DNA of 64,000 bases. Source: an uncultured Eubacteriales bacterium (GTDB lineage: Bacteria > Acidobacteriota > Aminicenantia > Aminicenantales > Saccharicenantaceae). Positions within the stretch are counted from its first letter, which is position 1. Every line of letters starts with the position of its first letter. Positions 16,600 through 26,420 of this stretch are shown here, piece after piece. The position numbers were made by a program, and so were the translations under genes. The notes beneath the pieces are model-generated. The model was not told the origin of the DNA, ran no database searches, and was given only the letters and a program-made list of their open reading frames with translations. The stretch covers positions 9,556-73,555 of the forward strand of contig CAZGJS010000008.1 in the NCBI GenBank assembly GCA_964525875.1, in the 5' to 3' direction.

Positions 16600-17460
16600 T
16601 CAGCGCGTCTTGACCCAATACTTTTTGATCTTTTCTTCGATGCCGGCCCGGAACTTGTCCACGTGGCCGAGGACGAAACCGCCGACGTCGATCTTGTCGT
16701 CGGCTACGAGCGGGGTCAGGTCCATGGCGAACCAAAGCTGCTCGGCCCCGTCGGTCTCATGCGACTGGAAATAGCTGGCGTTGGCCCGGCGCCGCCCTAT
16801 CGTCGCCAGGTCGTAGCGCTTGCCGCCCTCGACCTGGGAGTCGTAGACGCCGACGAGGGCCATGGACAGCGTTTCCCGCCGGCCGACGTCGAGCGGGACC
16901 TTGTCCCCATCGTCCATCCAGTCCAGCCCGCGCCAGACCTCGCAGCCATAGAGCGACTTGGGACGCTCGACGGCAGGCAGCTCGCGGATGGCCGCCAATA
17001 CGGTATAGACGACGGCCAGATGTGTGTCGTGCTTGTCGGCCGGGTTGTGGGTGTAGATGACGTCGGGCCGGGTCGCCCGGAGGACTTGGACGAGATCCGA
17101 CTTCAGCCGGCCCGTCGCGACGTCCTTGATCTCAGCGCTCGTATAGTTGAGCTGGACGAGGGCGCCGTAGTTGCCGAGGATGGCCGCCTTTTCCTGCTCG
17201 CGCCGCCGGAGCGCGGCCATGGCCTCGTCCGTGAAGGACGCGTACTCGCCGGCCCGGGGGCTGCCGCCGCCGTTGGTGCAGGTCACGCCCCCGAACCAGA
17301 GGTCTTGGCTGTTGAAGCATTTCTCGATGCCGTGGAAAGCCATGATCTCGAGGTCGTCCTGGTGGGCGCCGATCCCGAGGTGGGTGACGCGGTGGAACGC
17401 TTCCCCGGCGGCGAGGCCGTCGGGGATGAAGACCGACGCGTCGGGCTTGACGAACTTCAT
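16600..17460 (-). CDS. PIG-L/LmbE family N-acetylglucosaminyl deacetylase
   Basis: The AHQDDLEI and HNPADKHDTH metal-binding motifs begin from MKFVKPD at 17460. The upstream in-frame Arg-rich extension of the ORF overlaps the kinase gene and is not credible. Confidence 0.8.
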   Translation of the reverse strand: MKFVKPDASVFIPDGLAAGEAFHRVTHLGIGAHQDDLEIMAFHGIEKCFNSQDLWFGGVTCTNGGGSPRAGEYASFTDEAMAALRRREQEKAAILGNYGALVQLNYTSAEIKDVATGRLKSDLVQVLRATRPDVIYTHNPADKHDTHLAVVYTVLAAIRELPAVERPKSLYGCEVWRGLDWMDDGDKVPLDVGRRETLSMALVGVYDSQVEGGKRYDLATIGRRRANASYFQSHETDGAEQLWFAMDLTPLVADDKIDVGGFVLGHVDKFRAGIEEKIKKYWVKTR

Positions 17461-18833
17461 GGGCGTGCTCCTTTGATCTCGGGCAGGCTGGCCGCGGCGA
17501 CGGCCTGGCCCACGCGCCTGCTCTTCTCGTCGAGGAGGTGGAGACGGACGCGGGCCGCCGTTTCCGGAAACTCGGCTTTCAGGACCTCGGCCGCCTTGTC
17601 GACGATGATCTTGCCGCCGGGTCCGGACATGACCCGGCCGAGGACGAGCAGGTTCGAGAACTTGTAGAAGACTTCGTACCAAGGAACGGTGAAACCGAGA
17701 TAGATGCCGATCGTTTCGAAGATCGCCGCGGCCCGCTCGTCGCCGCGGTCCATGAGGGACTGGACTTCCTTGAGCCGCTCGGGCAGCGTCATCGCCTCCG
17801 GAAAGGAGATGCCCGCCGTCCGGGCGAGCTTGTTCACGGCTTGCTGGGAAAAATAGTTGGCCCCGACACCCCGGTCCCCGGACCACTCGTCGACGGCCGC
17901 TTCGGGGTTGAGGTCGACGGGGACGAAGGCGAGCTCGTCGAGCCAGCCCGGGATGTGACCGTCAGTGTCGAGGAAGCCGGCCGCTTCGCTCGAGCCCATG
18001 GCCACCCCGAGGATGCCTGTCTCGCCGAGCGAGAGCATCCCGGCCAGGGCCGTGACCTCGCCGTCGTTGATGACCTCGAAGGGGACGCCCCATTCCTTTC
18101 CCAGCCTCACGAAGATGTCCTTGACCTTATTCTCGAAGACGTCCTCGGGCACGGAACGGAAGAGAGAGGCGATACGGACCTGGTTCCGGATGATGACGCC
18201 GGCCGAACTGCCGCCGATCGCGTCCACGCGGGGGAGATGAGCGGCCGCTTTTTTCAAGCCGGCCTGGATGTGGCGGTAGTGGTATTCGGGATCGGCTTCG
18301 GCCCCCGGTGCCCAGGGGATCTCCTCGCTGTAAACGGCCTCGCCCTTGATCACGGCGGCGACCTTGTAGTCGCTCGCGCCGAGGTCGAAGCCGATGCGAC
18401 AGCCGTCGAGGTGGCCGCCCGGAAAATGGACCGCCCCCCTGGCTTCGGGGAAGGTCGCCGGGCTGTGCAGGACGACCTCGAAAGGCCGTTCGTAGACCCG
18501 GCTCATCGTCCGGACGTCGAAGGCCCGGGCGCCCTTCTCGGAATAGTCGGCCTTGAGGCGCTTGCCGATCGCCGCGGGGCCGAGGAAGTGGACCCGCCGG
18601 CCGCCCCGCGACCAGAGCAGGAACTTGACCAGCCTCTCGACGATGAGGTAGGTGGCGGCCGGGTCGGCGTCCTTCTCGGGCACGCGGGTGACGAATACCG
18701 AGACGAGGCCGTCTTCGCGCTCGACGGCGACACGGAGCAGGGCGTCGCCGGCCTTCCGGGCCCTATCCAGGTAGGCGCGCCAGTCGAGGACGATGGGCCG
18801 GAAGCCCGGGTCGCAGGGAGGACGGAACGTCAT
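17457..18833 (-). CDS. ROK/BadF-type actin-fold sugar kinase-like protein with a ~140-aa N-terminal extension
   Basis: GFDLGASDYK phosphate-1 motif and a glycine-rich ...LGVAMGSS... region. Sits in the operon with nagB and the PIG-L deacetylase. Its stop overlaps the deacetylase start (ATGA). Confidence 0.7.
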   Translation of the reverse strand: MTFRPPCDPGFRPIVLDWRAYLDRARKAGDALLRVAVEREDGLVSVFVTRVPEKDADPAATYLIVERLVKFLLWSRGGRRVHFLGPAAIGKRLKADYSEKGARAFDVRTMSRVYERPFEVVLHSPATFPEARGAVHFPGGHLDGCRIGFDLGASDYKVAAVIKGEAVYSEEIPWAPGAEADPEYHYRHIQAGLKKAAAHLPRVDAIGGSSAGVIIRNQVRIASLFRSVPEDVFENKVKDIFVRLGKEWGVPFEVINDGEVTALAGMLSLGETGILGVAMGSSEAAGFLDTDGHIPGWLDELAFVPVDLNPEAAVDEWSGDRGVGANYFSQQAVNKLARTAGISFPEAMTLPERLKEVQSLMDRGDERAAAIFETIGIYLGFTVPWYEVFYKFSNLLVLGRVMSGPGGKIIVDKAAEVLKAEFPETAARVRLHLLDEKSRRVGQAVAAASLPEIKGARP

Positions 18834-20002
18834 TTCGCCTTGAACTCGACTTTCACGGGAACGAGGAGGCGCTGGGCCAACCCTTCGACCTTACGAAGCC
18901 AGTTCTTGGCGGCGGGGACACCGGGCGAAGTGATACCGCGCTCCCAGGCGCCGACGACCCAGTGGGTCAACCACGCGCCGGACGAGCCGTTGAGCTTGAC
19001 CGACCGGTCGAGGGCTGTCTCCTCGATTCCGGCAAAATCAGCCGGCGCGAAAATCGCGGCCAGGCCGATCTCCCCGGCGTTTTTGGCGCCCTTGCCCCAA
19101 ACGGCGAGGAATCCCTTGTCCTTTTCGAGCGACCATGTTTCGCCGGCGAGCTTCTGGATGCCCGGCCCGTATACAACCGGGCCGCCCGCTTTCGCGGAGA
19201 CGACGACGTCGTGGCGGGAGACTGTGCTTTCCGCGAAGGCGGACATAAAGACCGTCAGGCCGGTGTATTCCGCCTTGACCAGGGCCCGGAGCGGCCCCGG
19301 CGAGAGCACGGTCAGCTTGGCCTGCGGGACGGAGGCGCCGAACAGCGGAACGCGGGTGCCGCCGTCCCAGAGGACCAGGCCGCCGAGCCCGGCGGAATCG
19401 CCGGCGTCGACGACGTCCATGCCCCAGTCCTGGGGGCGTTTTTCCAGGGCCGGGAATTTTTTCAAGATGAGCCCGGCCTGGAGTTTGCCGTAGAACTCGA
19501 TCCGGCCGTGGACGAACTTGAAAGCGGCGAGGTTCGACTCCCAGCCGGCCTCGGCGCCGCCCGTATCCCAGGCGGCGCGGGCGAACGCTTTTTGCACCGG
19601 CATGAGCTGGAAGCTGCGGTCGGGCGAATAATAACAGATGAGCCGCGTCTTCGACGATGGCGGCAGGGTGCGGACGAGGACGATCTCGTCGTGGTAGCGG
19701 TCCTTGTCGAGGTCGTCGGCCTGGGTGACGACAAGTGTGTAGTTGCCCCCCTTTTCTTCGAAGAGCGCGTAGTTGTAGGTGTTGAAGTCGGCCGCGATGG
19801 CGGCCCGGATCCCGGCGACGTCGATGACGACGGCGTGGTTCTCCAGAGTAAACGGCGAAGGATTCGTGATCTCGACGACGAACTGTTTCTTGAAGCCGAG
19901 GACCTTGGGGTCCTGGGCCTGGGCGGCGGCCGAGCCGGCCGCGACGGCGGCTGTGATGATAAAGGTCATAAGCCGTCTTCCGGCGTTCACTGTCTGAGGC
20001 AT
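18830..20002 (-). CDS. hypothetical secreted protein (DUF4861-like), first gene of the amino-sugar operon
   Basis: Signal peptide with Ala-rich cleavage region. Its stop overlaps the kinase start. Function unknown. Confidence 0.5.
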   Translation of the reverse strand: MPQTVNAGRRLMTFIITAAVAAGSAAAQAQDPKVLGFKKQFVVEITNPSPFTLENHAVVIDVAGIRAAIAADFNTYNYALFEEKGGNYTLVVTQADDLDKDRYHDEIVLVRTLPPSSKTRLICYYSPDRSFQLMPVQKAFARAAWDTGGAEAGWESNLAAFKFVHGRIEFYGKLQAGLILKKFPALEKRPQDWGMDVVDAGDSAGLGGLVLWDGGTRVPLFGASVPQAKLTVLSPGPLRALVKAEYTGLTVFMSAFAESTVSRHDVVVSAKAGGPVVYGPGIQKLAGETWSLEKDKGFLAVWGKGAKNAGEIGLAAIFAPADFAGIEETALDRSVKLNGSSGAWLTHWVVGAWERGITSPGVPAAKNWLRKVEGLAQRLLVPVKVEFKAK

Positions 20003-20074
20003 CGACGGGGTCTCCTTTCCGGCGGAAAGTCCATGACCTATTTTACTCCAAATCGGGGTTTCTAACGAAACGCC

Positions 20075-20953
20075 CTACGTGATCAGGTTCGACTTGAAGC
20101 CTTTGTCCAGAACGGCGTAGGTGTCGTTGATGACCACGAAGGCCTCGGGGTCGGTCCTCTTGATGAACGCCCTCAGGGCGCTCAGTTGCTTGCGGTGAAT
20201 GACGGTCAGGATGATCTCGCCTTCGCGGTTGAGGTAGAGGGACCGGGAGGGGAGGGCGGTGCCGCTGCGGTCGAGCTGGCGAAGGATGAAATCCGAGATC
20301 TCCTCGGGACGCGTCGAGATGATAATGACCAGCTTCGAGAAGTTCCAGCCCTCGAGGATCATGTCGATGACCTTGGTCGAAAGGAACAGGACGATGTAGC
20401 CATAGAGCGGGGCCTCGAGGCTGCGGAAGGCCAGGCCGGAAGCGGAGATGATCAGGAAGTCGGTGACCATGATGCCGTAGCCGAGCGACATCCCGGTGTA
20501 CTTGCTGACGATCAGGCCGATGATGTCCGAGCCGCCGGTCGAGGCCCGGCCGCGGAAGACGATCCCCAGCCCGACGCCGAGCATGACCCCGCCGTAGATC
20601 GACGCGAGGACCGTGTTGTCCGTGGCCGAGGGGACCTTGATGATCTCGTGGAAAAGGTCGATGAACACGGACGAGAGGACCATGCCCACGAGGCTGTTAA
20701 GGACGTATTTCTTGCCCAAGGTCTTGAGCCCGAGGAGGAAGATGGGCGCGTTGAGGACGATGATGAGCGCCCCGACCGGGAGCCCGGCGAAATAATTGGC
20801 GATGATGGCGATGCCCGAGACCCCGCCGGGGACGAAATGGTGGGGAATGAGGAACAGGGCATAGGCCAGGCCGTTGACGGCGCAGCCGATGACGATGAGC
20901 ACGCCGTTGGCGAGGCCGGACTTGATGGTCTCGATGTTCTTCGTTCTAGCCAT
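20075..20953 (-). CDS. YitT-family membrane protein (DUF161 + DUF2179)
   Basis: 5-6 TM segments followed by a soluble C-terminal domain. Typical YitT architecture. Confidence 0.8.
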   Translation of the reverse strand: MARTKNIETIKSGLANGVLIVIGCAVNGLAYALFLIPHHFVPGGVSGIAIIANYFAGLPVGALIIVLNAPIFLLGLKTLGKKYVLNSLVGMVLSSVFIDLFHEIIKVPSATDNTVLASIYGGVMLGVGLGIVFRGRASTGGSDIIGLIVSKYTGMSLGYGIMVTDFLIISASGLAFRSLEAPLYGYIVLFLSTKVIDMILEGWNFSKLVIIISTRPEEISDFILRQLDRSGTALPSRSLYLNREGEIILTVIHRKQLSALRAFIKRTDPEAFVVINDTYAVLDKGFKSNLIT

Positions 20954-21084
20954 GGGAATTCTCCGTGAGCGGGCGCCGGCATCGCGGCCGCGCCCGGAAT
21001 CGCGCCTATTTTACTCCCTTGCACCCGAAAATCAAGGTGCGGCGGCGTCTGTGACGCAGAGTAGAGACGATTGGAGGGGTAGGG

Positions 21085-21113
21085 GGCAGCGTTAGGGGAC
21101 ACGTACCATAGGT
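21085..21113. repeat. perfect palindrome GGGGACACGTACC-ATA-GGTACGTGTCCCC followed by TTTTT, 127 bp upstream of kdgK
   Basis: Arms of 13 bp with a 3-bp spacer. A member of the dispersed GGGGACA...TGTCCCC family seen at 5501, 34731, 34792, 34884 and 47349. Confidence 0.7.
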
Positions 21114-21239
21114 ACGTGTCCCCTTTTTCCATCCCTGGAAATCATTTGCAGCCTCCTGCCCCGTGCTTTCCCGCAGGGATTTTCTATGTTATGTTAACTT
21201 CAAGCGGGCGGGCGGCCCGCGGCGAAGGAGAGGATAGGA

Positions 21240-22267
21240 TGGCCAACGTCGCGACATTCGGCGAGATCATGCTCCGGCTTTCCCCCCCGGGGAAAGAGCT
21301 CCTGTTCCAGTCCCCCCGGCTCGAGGCCGTTTTCGGCGGTGGGGAGGCCAACGTGGCTGTGTCCCTGGCCATCCTCGGCCACCGCTCGCGCTGGGTCTCC
21401 GTCGTCCCGTCGAATCCCGTCGGCGAGGCGGCCGTCCGCGAGCTCCGCCGCTTCGGCGTCGACGTGAGCGCCGTCGTCCGCGGCAGCCGGCGGCTGGGGA
21501 TCTATTTCGCCGAGACGGGCGCGGACGTCCGGCCGTCCCAGGTCATCTACGACCGCGAGGGATCCGGCATCGCCGAGGCCAAGCCGGGCGACATCGACTG
21601 GGAGGCGGCCTTCGCCGGGATGGACTGGTTCCACGTCAGCGGCATCACGCCGGCGCTCTCCGCCTCGGCCGCCGGACTCACGCTCGAGGCTGTCAAGGCC
21701 GCCCGGGCGAAGAAAATGACCGTGTCCGTTGACCTCAATTACAGGGCCAAGCTCTGGAAATACGGGCGTTCCGCACCCGACGTCATGCGGGAGGTCGTCA
21801 AGCACGCCGACCTTCTCGCCGGCAACGAAGAGGATTGCCAGAAGGCGCTCGGCGTCGGGGCCGCGGTCGAGGTCGCCTCCGGGCGGCTTGACCTGAAGGT
21901 CTTCGAGGACCTGACGGCCCGGGTCATGACCGAGTTCCCCAACTTGGCCCGGGTCGCAATCACCCTACGCGAAAGCGAGAGCGCCGACTGGAACCGCTGG
22001 TCGGCCGTGCTGAGGAACCGGAAGGGATTTCTCTCGGGCCCGTCGTTCGACATCCGGGCGATCGTCGACCGCATCGGCACGGGCGACGCCTTCGCCGCCG
22101 GCCTCATCCACGGGCTGACGAGCTTCGAGGCCGACGCCGAAGCGCTCGACTTCGCCGTCGCGGCCGCGGCGCTCAAGCATTCGATCCCCGGGGATTTCAA
22201 CTTGTCCACGGAAAAAGACATTCGGGCCGTCGCCCGGGGCGACCGGTCGGGCCGGGTCCGCCGGTAA
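21240..22267 (+). CDS. kdgK: 2-dehydro-3-deoxygluconokinase (PfkB family sugar kinase)
   Basis: PfkB motifs GGGEANVAV and DRIGTGDAFAAG. A GGAGAGG RBS. Followed by eda. Confidence 0.85.
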
Positions 22268-22282
22268 GCGGGGGAGTCGACC

Positions 22283-22921
22283 ATGACGAAAGACAAGGTC
22301 CTCAAGGGGCTTCTCGCCTCGAAAGCCGTCGCCGTCATCCGGATGACCGACGCGGCTAGGCTGGCCAAGGCCGCCGCCGCGCTCCGCAAGGGCGGGGTCA
22401 CGGCGCTCGAGGTGACCATGACCGTGCCCGGCGCCGTCGAGATCATTCGTGCCATGGCCCGCGACAGGGAACCGGGCTTCCTCATCGGCGCGGGGACCGT
22501 CCTCGACGCCGGGACGGCTTCGGACGTCATCGCCGCCGGGGCCGATTTCGTCGTCTCTCCGATCACGGACGGAAACATGATCACGGCTTGCCGCGAGGCC
22601 GAAGTCCTCGTCGTACCGGGCGCCTTCACGCCGACCGAGATCGTGGCCGCCTGGAAGGCCGGGGCCGATATCGTCAAGGTCTTCCCGGCGACATCGCTCG
22701 GGCCGCAGTTTTTCCGCGACCTCCGCGGCCCCTTGCCGCATATCCGGCTCATGCCCACGGGCGGCGTCACTCTCGAAAACGCGCGGGAGTTCCTGGCCGC
22801 CGGCGCCTGCTGTGTCGGGATCGGAACGGCCCTGCTCGACAAGAAGACGATCGATGCCGACGATTGGGAGGCGCTCGCGTCGAGGGCCCGCCGGCTCGTT
22901 GAATCGCTCCGCGGACTCTGA
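22283..22921 (+). CDS. eda: KDPG/KHG aldolase
   Basis: ...AVIRMTD... with GVTALEVTMTVPGA, GAGTVL and KVFPA motifs of 2-keto-3-deoxy-6-phosphogluconate aldolase. Confidence 0.9.
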   Translation: MTKDKVLKGLLASKAVAVIRMTDAARLAKAAAALRKGGVTALEVTMTVPGAVEIIRAMARDREPGFLIGAGTVLDAGTASDVIAAGADFVVSPITDGNMITACREAEVLVVPGAFTPTEIVAAWKAGADIVKVFPATSLGPQFFRDLRGPLPHIRLMPTGGVTLENAREFLAAGACCVGIGTALLDKKTIDADDWEALASRARRLVESLRGL

Positions 22922-23203
22922 TATTTGTTATTTTTAATATTTCTGCTATACTTATAACAACGCTTTGCTTCGCTGGCTGTGCAAGGCAACAAGTTACCCT
23001 CCTTCATATCCCCCTTAAACTTGTAATTCCCCCAAATTACAGCCAGCCTTTCTCTCTCCAAGGGTTGACCCATTCGCCGACGCTAAGTCCCGCTCTTCGG
23101 CTCAGGGTTAACCCCGGAAAGGCCCCTGCCATTCATGGCGGGGAGTCGCGGGGTTGACAGTCGGTCGGCGCGTCCTTTATATATCGGTGTCCGGACACCA
23201 TCC

Positions 23204-24415
23204 ATGAGCAGCCTCGAGATCGGCGCCATCCCGCGAGCGGAAAGGCAATCCTTCTGGAACAGGGATTTCCTGCTGGCCTTCGTCGGCTACTTTTTCCTGT
23301 TCATGGCCGTTTCGCTTTTTTTCCTCCTGCCCGTTTTCCTCAAGCAGTTCGGACCTCGCCAGTCCCGGATCGGGATGATCATGGGCATCCACAGCGTCGT
23401 GGCCATCGCCATCCGGCCGCTCTTCGGGCGGATGATCGACGTCCGGGGCGGGCGGCGCATCGCCATCCTCGGCCTGCTCCTCCTGATCTTCACGACGCCG
23501 TTCTTTCATTTCGTCAGCGATGCGGGCTGGCTGCCGTTCCTTCTCCGGGCCCTGACCGGCCTCGGCTGGGGCATCAGCATGACGGCCGCGATCTCTTTGT
23601 GCTCGGACCTTGCCCCGGTCGAGAAGATGGCCTTGTCCATGGGCGTCATCGGCATCGCCGGCCTCGTCGCCAACGCCCTCGGGCCGCTTTTCGCCGAGGA
23701 GATCATCGTCCGCTTCGGCTACGGCTGGCTCTTCAATGCCAGCCTCATCTTCCTCGTCGCCGCCCTCCTCTGCCTCCTGGCGACGCGGGAGATCGTGAAA
23801 CCGCGCGTCGGCGGTCCCGGAGCCAGCCTGAAGATACTCAGAACCGTGCCGTGGGCGCTCGCCGCCGTCATCTCGGCCATGCCCGTCTTCCACGGGGCCA
23901 TCCGGGGGGCCATGATCTACTTCATCGCCGTTTTTGGGAACTCGATCGGCATCGGCCGGGTCGGCCCCTTCTTCCTCTTCCTCTCGCTGGCCGCGATCCT
24001 GACCCGGTTCGGCATGGGCGACGTCTCGGACCGCTACGGCCGGAAAAAGGTCATCCTCCCGGCGGCGCTCATCATCGTCGGCAACCTCTTCCTCATCGCC
24101 CAGGTCCGGAACCTGCCCATGCTCCTCGTGACGGGATTCATCGGCGGGCTCGGCCAAGGCTTGATCTTTCCCGCGCTGAGCACCTACATCATCGATTTCC
24201 TGGGCCGGGAGAACAAGGGTTTGGCCATCAGCCTTTATCTGTCGCTTTTCGACGTCGGAATGGGCATCGGTTCGCCCTTTTTCGGCTGGATGTCCGACCT
24301 CGCCGGATACCGGTGGATGTACCGCATCGCCGGGCTATTTCTGTTGGCTTCGACCGCCGTCTTCATGCTCAAGGCGCCGGCGACCGAAGGCCGGAAAATT
24401 CAAGGAGGCGCATGA
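23204..24415 (+). CDS. MFS transporter (start may be the upstream ATG at 23135)
   Basis: 12 predicted TM segments. The loop 2-3 motif GRMIDVRGGRR. Confidence 0.75.
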   Translation: MSSLEIGAIPRAERQSFWNRDFLLAFVGYFFLFMAVSLFFLLPVFLKQFGPRQSRIGMIMGIHSVVAIAIRPLFGRMIDVRGGRRIAILGLLLLIFTTPFFHFVSDAGWLPFLLRALTGLGWGISMTAAISLCSDLAPVEKMALSMGVIGIAGLVANALGPLFAEEIIVRFGYGWLFNASLIFLVAALLCLLATREIVKPRVGGPGASLKILRTVPWALAAVISAMPVFHGAIRGAMIYFIAVFGNSIGIGRVGPFFLFLSLAAILTRFGMGDVSDRYGRKKVILPAALIIVGNLFLIAQVRNLPMLLVTGFIGGLGQGLIFPALSTYIIDFLGRENKGLAISLYLSLFDVGMGIGSPFFGWMSDLAGYRWMYRIAGLFLLASTAVFMLKAPATEGRKIQGGA

Positions 24416-25005
24416 TGTGTCAGGACGACAAGAGCTTTTATGACGTGCTCGCCGGGCGGCGGACGATCCGCAGATTCAAGCCCGAGCCCGTGGCCGGAGA
24501 ACTGCTCGAGCGGCTCGTCGACGTCGGGCGGCTGGCCCCGTCGGCGGCGAACATGCAGCCGCTCGAGTTCATCGTCGTCGACGAGGCAGGGCTCCGGGCG
24601 GAGGTCTTTCCCTGCCTGAAGTGGGCGGCCTACATCGCCCCGGCCGGCGACCCCGGGCCGGGGGAGGAGCCGGCCGCCTACATCGTCACCCTGGCCAACA
24701 CCAAGGTCCGGGAGAAGATGTTCGAGTACGACGTCGGCGCGGCCATGGAGAACATGCTCCTCGCGGCCCTGGCCGAGGGCGTCGGAAGCTGCTGGCTGCT
24801 TTCGATCGACCGGGACAAACTGCGGGCGGTGCTGGGCGTGCCCGAGGACTACAGGGTCGACAGCGTCCTGGCCCTCGGCTACCCGGCGGAGGAGCCTACG
24901 GCCGAGGTCATGGCGGAGTCCTGCCGTTACTGGAAGGACGCGGCGGGGCGCCTCCACGTCCCCAAGCGCGCCCTCGCGTCCGTCATCCACTTCAACCGTT
25001 TTTAA
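24412..25005 (+). CDS. nitroreductase family protein
   Basis: The RRTIRRF and ...APSAANMQP... motifs. Its start overlaps the MFS stop. Confidence 0.8.
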   Translation: MMCQDDKSFYDVLAGRRTIRRFKPEPVAGELLERLVDVGRLAPSAANMQPLEFIVVDEAGLRAEVFPCLKWAAYIAPAGDPGPGEEPAAYIVTLANTKVREKMFEYDVGAAMENMLLAALAEGVGSCWLLSIDRDKLRAVLGVPEDYRVDSVLALGYPAEEPTAEVMAESCRYWKDAAGRLHVPKRALASVIHFNRF

Positions 25006-25069
25006 TAGTTGGCAATGCTCCCTTGACAGGCTGTCGCCTTTGTAGTATATGTAATACAAAGGTGACATT

Positions 25070-25285
25070 ATGAGTGTTATATCCCTACGCCTGCCCGATG
25101 ATGTCCACGATCGGCTGAATAAGCTTGCTGAGAAAACAAAGCGGACGAAATCGTCTTTTATCAAAGAGATGATCGAAACATCCCTCGAAGAATACGAAGA
25201 AGCCTACCTGGCCCTCGAACGCCTGAACGAGAAAAACGCCCGCTACCTCACGACCGAGGAACTGGAGGAGGAGCTTGGCTTATGA
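25070..25285 (+). CDS. type II antitoxin, RelB/DinJ (ribbon-helix-helix) family
   Basis: 71 aa. An RHH-like N-terminus (SLRLPDDVHDRLNKLA). Overlaps the downstream RelE gene. The promoter TTGACA-17-TATATG and the TTTGTA..TACAAA inverted repeat lie upstream. Confidence 0.7.
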   Translation: MSVISLRLPDDVHDRLNKLAEKTKRTKSSFIKEMIETSLEEYEEAYLALERLNEKNARYLTTEELEEELGL

Positions 25286-25553
25286 AGTCATCTGGCACGA
25301 GAAGGTGCTGAAAGACCTCAAAGCCCTCTCACAACAAGACTCTGCCAGGATCATCGCCAAGGTCAAGACGCATCTGGTCGAGGACCCGGCGGGCTTGGGC
25401 AAGCCCCTTTCGGGTGTATTCAAAGGATTAATGAGGTACCGGGTGGGCAGCCACCGCGTCATATACGCCGTGGACCATGAAAATCGCCGCATCAGCGTCC
25501 TTCATGTTAGGCCGCGTGATGTGGCCTATCGCAGACAGGCCCGAGCGGCTTGA
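25275..25553 (+). CDS. type II toxin, RelE/ParE family mRNA interferase
   Basis: 92 aa with ...RYRVGSHRVIYAVDHENRRISVLHVRPR... RelE fold motifs. Confidence 0.8.
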   Translation: MAYEVIWHEKVLKDLKALSQQDSARIIAKVKTHLVEDPAGLGKPLSGVFKGLMRYRVGSHRVIYAVDHENRRISVLHVRPRDVAYRRQARAA

Positions 25554-25625
25554 CTATCGCCGGCGCGAGAGGTATAAAAAAAACATTCAGTATGGTTTCT
25601 TACTCCCATCCTTAAGGAGGAACTC

Positions 25626-26417
25626 ATGAAAAACAAACGGATTCTTTACACCCTGGCAATTGCGGCGCTCGTCTTCTTCGTCTTCGCGACCGTCCAGGCC
25701 CGGGCCGACGTCTACATGAAGCAGAAGATCCACACGGACGAGCATAAGGTGATGGGCCAGACCCAACCGGCGAAGGACGAGATCATGGTCTTCTGGCTTG
25801 GGGAGAACAAAGCCAGAACGGATCAGGAGGCCGGGACATCCTCCATCTTCCTCGGCGAAAAGAAGATCCTCTACATGATCAACCACAACAAGAAGCAGTA
25901 CGCGGAGATGCCCCTGGACCTCGACAAGATGTTCGAGGAGGCGGCCGAAGCGGGGGCCGGAGAGGATCCGGAGATGGCCGAGGCCAAGAAGAAGATGCCC
26001 GGATTCATGAAGGGCCTGATGAAGGGAATGATGGGCAGCATGTCGGCCAAGGTCACCGAAACCGGCGAGATGAAAAAGATCGGCAGCTGGAACTGCCGCA
26101 AGTACCTCATCGAGATGGACATGGGCATGGGCAAGTCGCAGGCGGAGGCTTGGGCTAACGAGGACCTCAAGATCGACTACGGCCTCTATTTCACTTCGGC
26201 CAACGCCATGCTGGCCTCCCAGCCCGGCTTCGACAAGATCGTCAAGGAGATGCAGAAGGTCAAGGGCGTCATCGTCTATCAGACAGCCAAGATCAGCGCG
26301 ATGGGCGCCGACATAACCTCGACGACCGAAGTCCTCGAATGCACCGACAAGTCCGCACCGGCCGGCAACTACGACATCCCGGCGGGCTACAAGAAGGTCA
26401 AAAGTTTCGGGAAATAA
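25626..26417 (+). CDS. hypothetical secreted protein, Met/Lys-rich
   Basis: Signal peptide ...FATVQARADVY. An AGGAGG RBS. No catalytic motif recognised. Confidence 0.6.
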   Translation: MKNKRILYTLAIAALVFFVFATVQARADVYMKQKIHTDEHKVMGQTQPAKDEIMVFWLGENKARTDQEAGTSSIFLGEKKILYMINHNKKQYAEMPLDLDKMFEEAAEAGAGEDPEMAEAKKKMPGFMKGLMKGMMGSMSAKVTETGEMKKIGSWNCRKYLIEMDMGMGKSQAEAWANEDLKIDYGLYFTSANAMLASQPGFDKIVKEMQKVKGVIVYQTAKISAMGADITSTTEVLECTDKSAPAGNYDIPAGYKKVKSFGK

Positions 26418-26420
26418 ATT

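Noticed and set aside
17461-17886. Upstream 140-codon extension of the PIG-L deacetylase ORF (16600..17886)
   Set aside because: The extension is Arg-rich nonsense that overlaps the kinase gene. The conserved deacetylase sequence begins at the internal Met, whose ATG overlaps the kinase stop.
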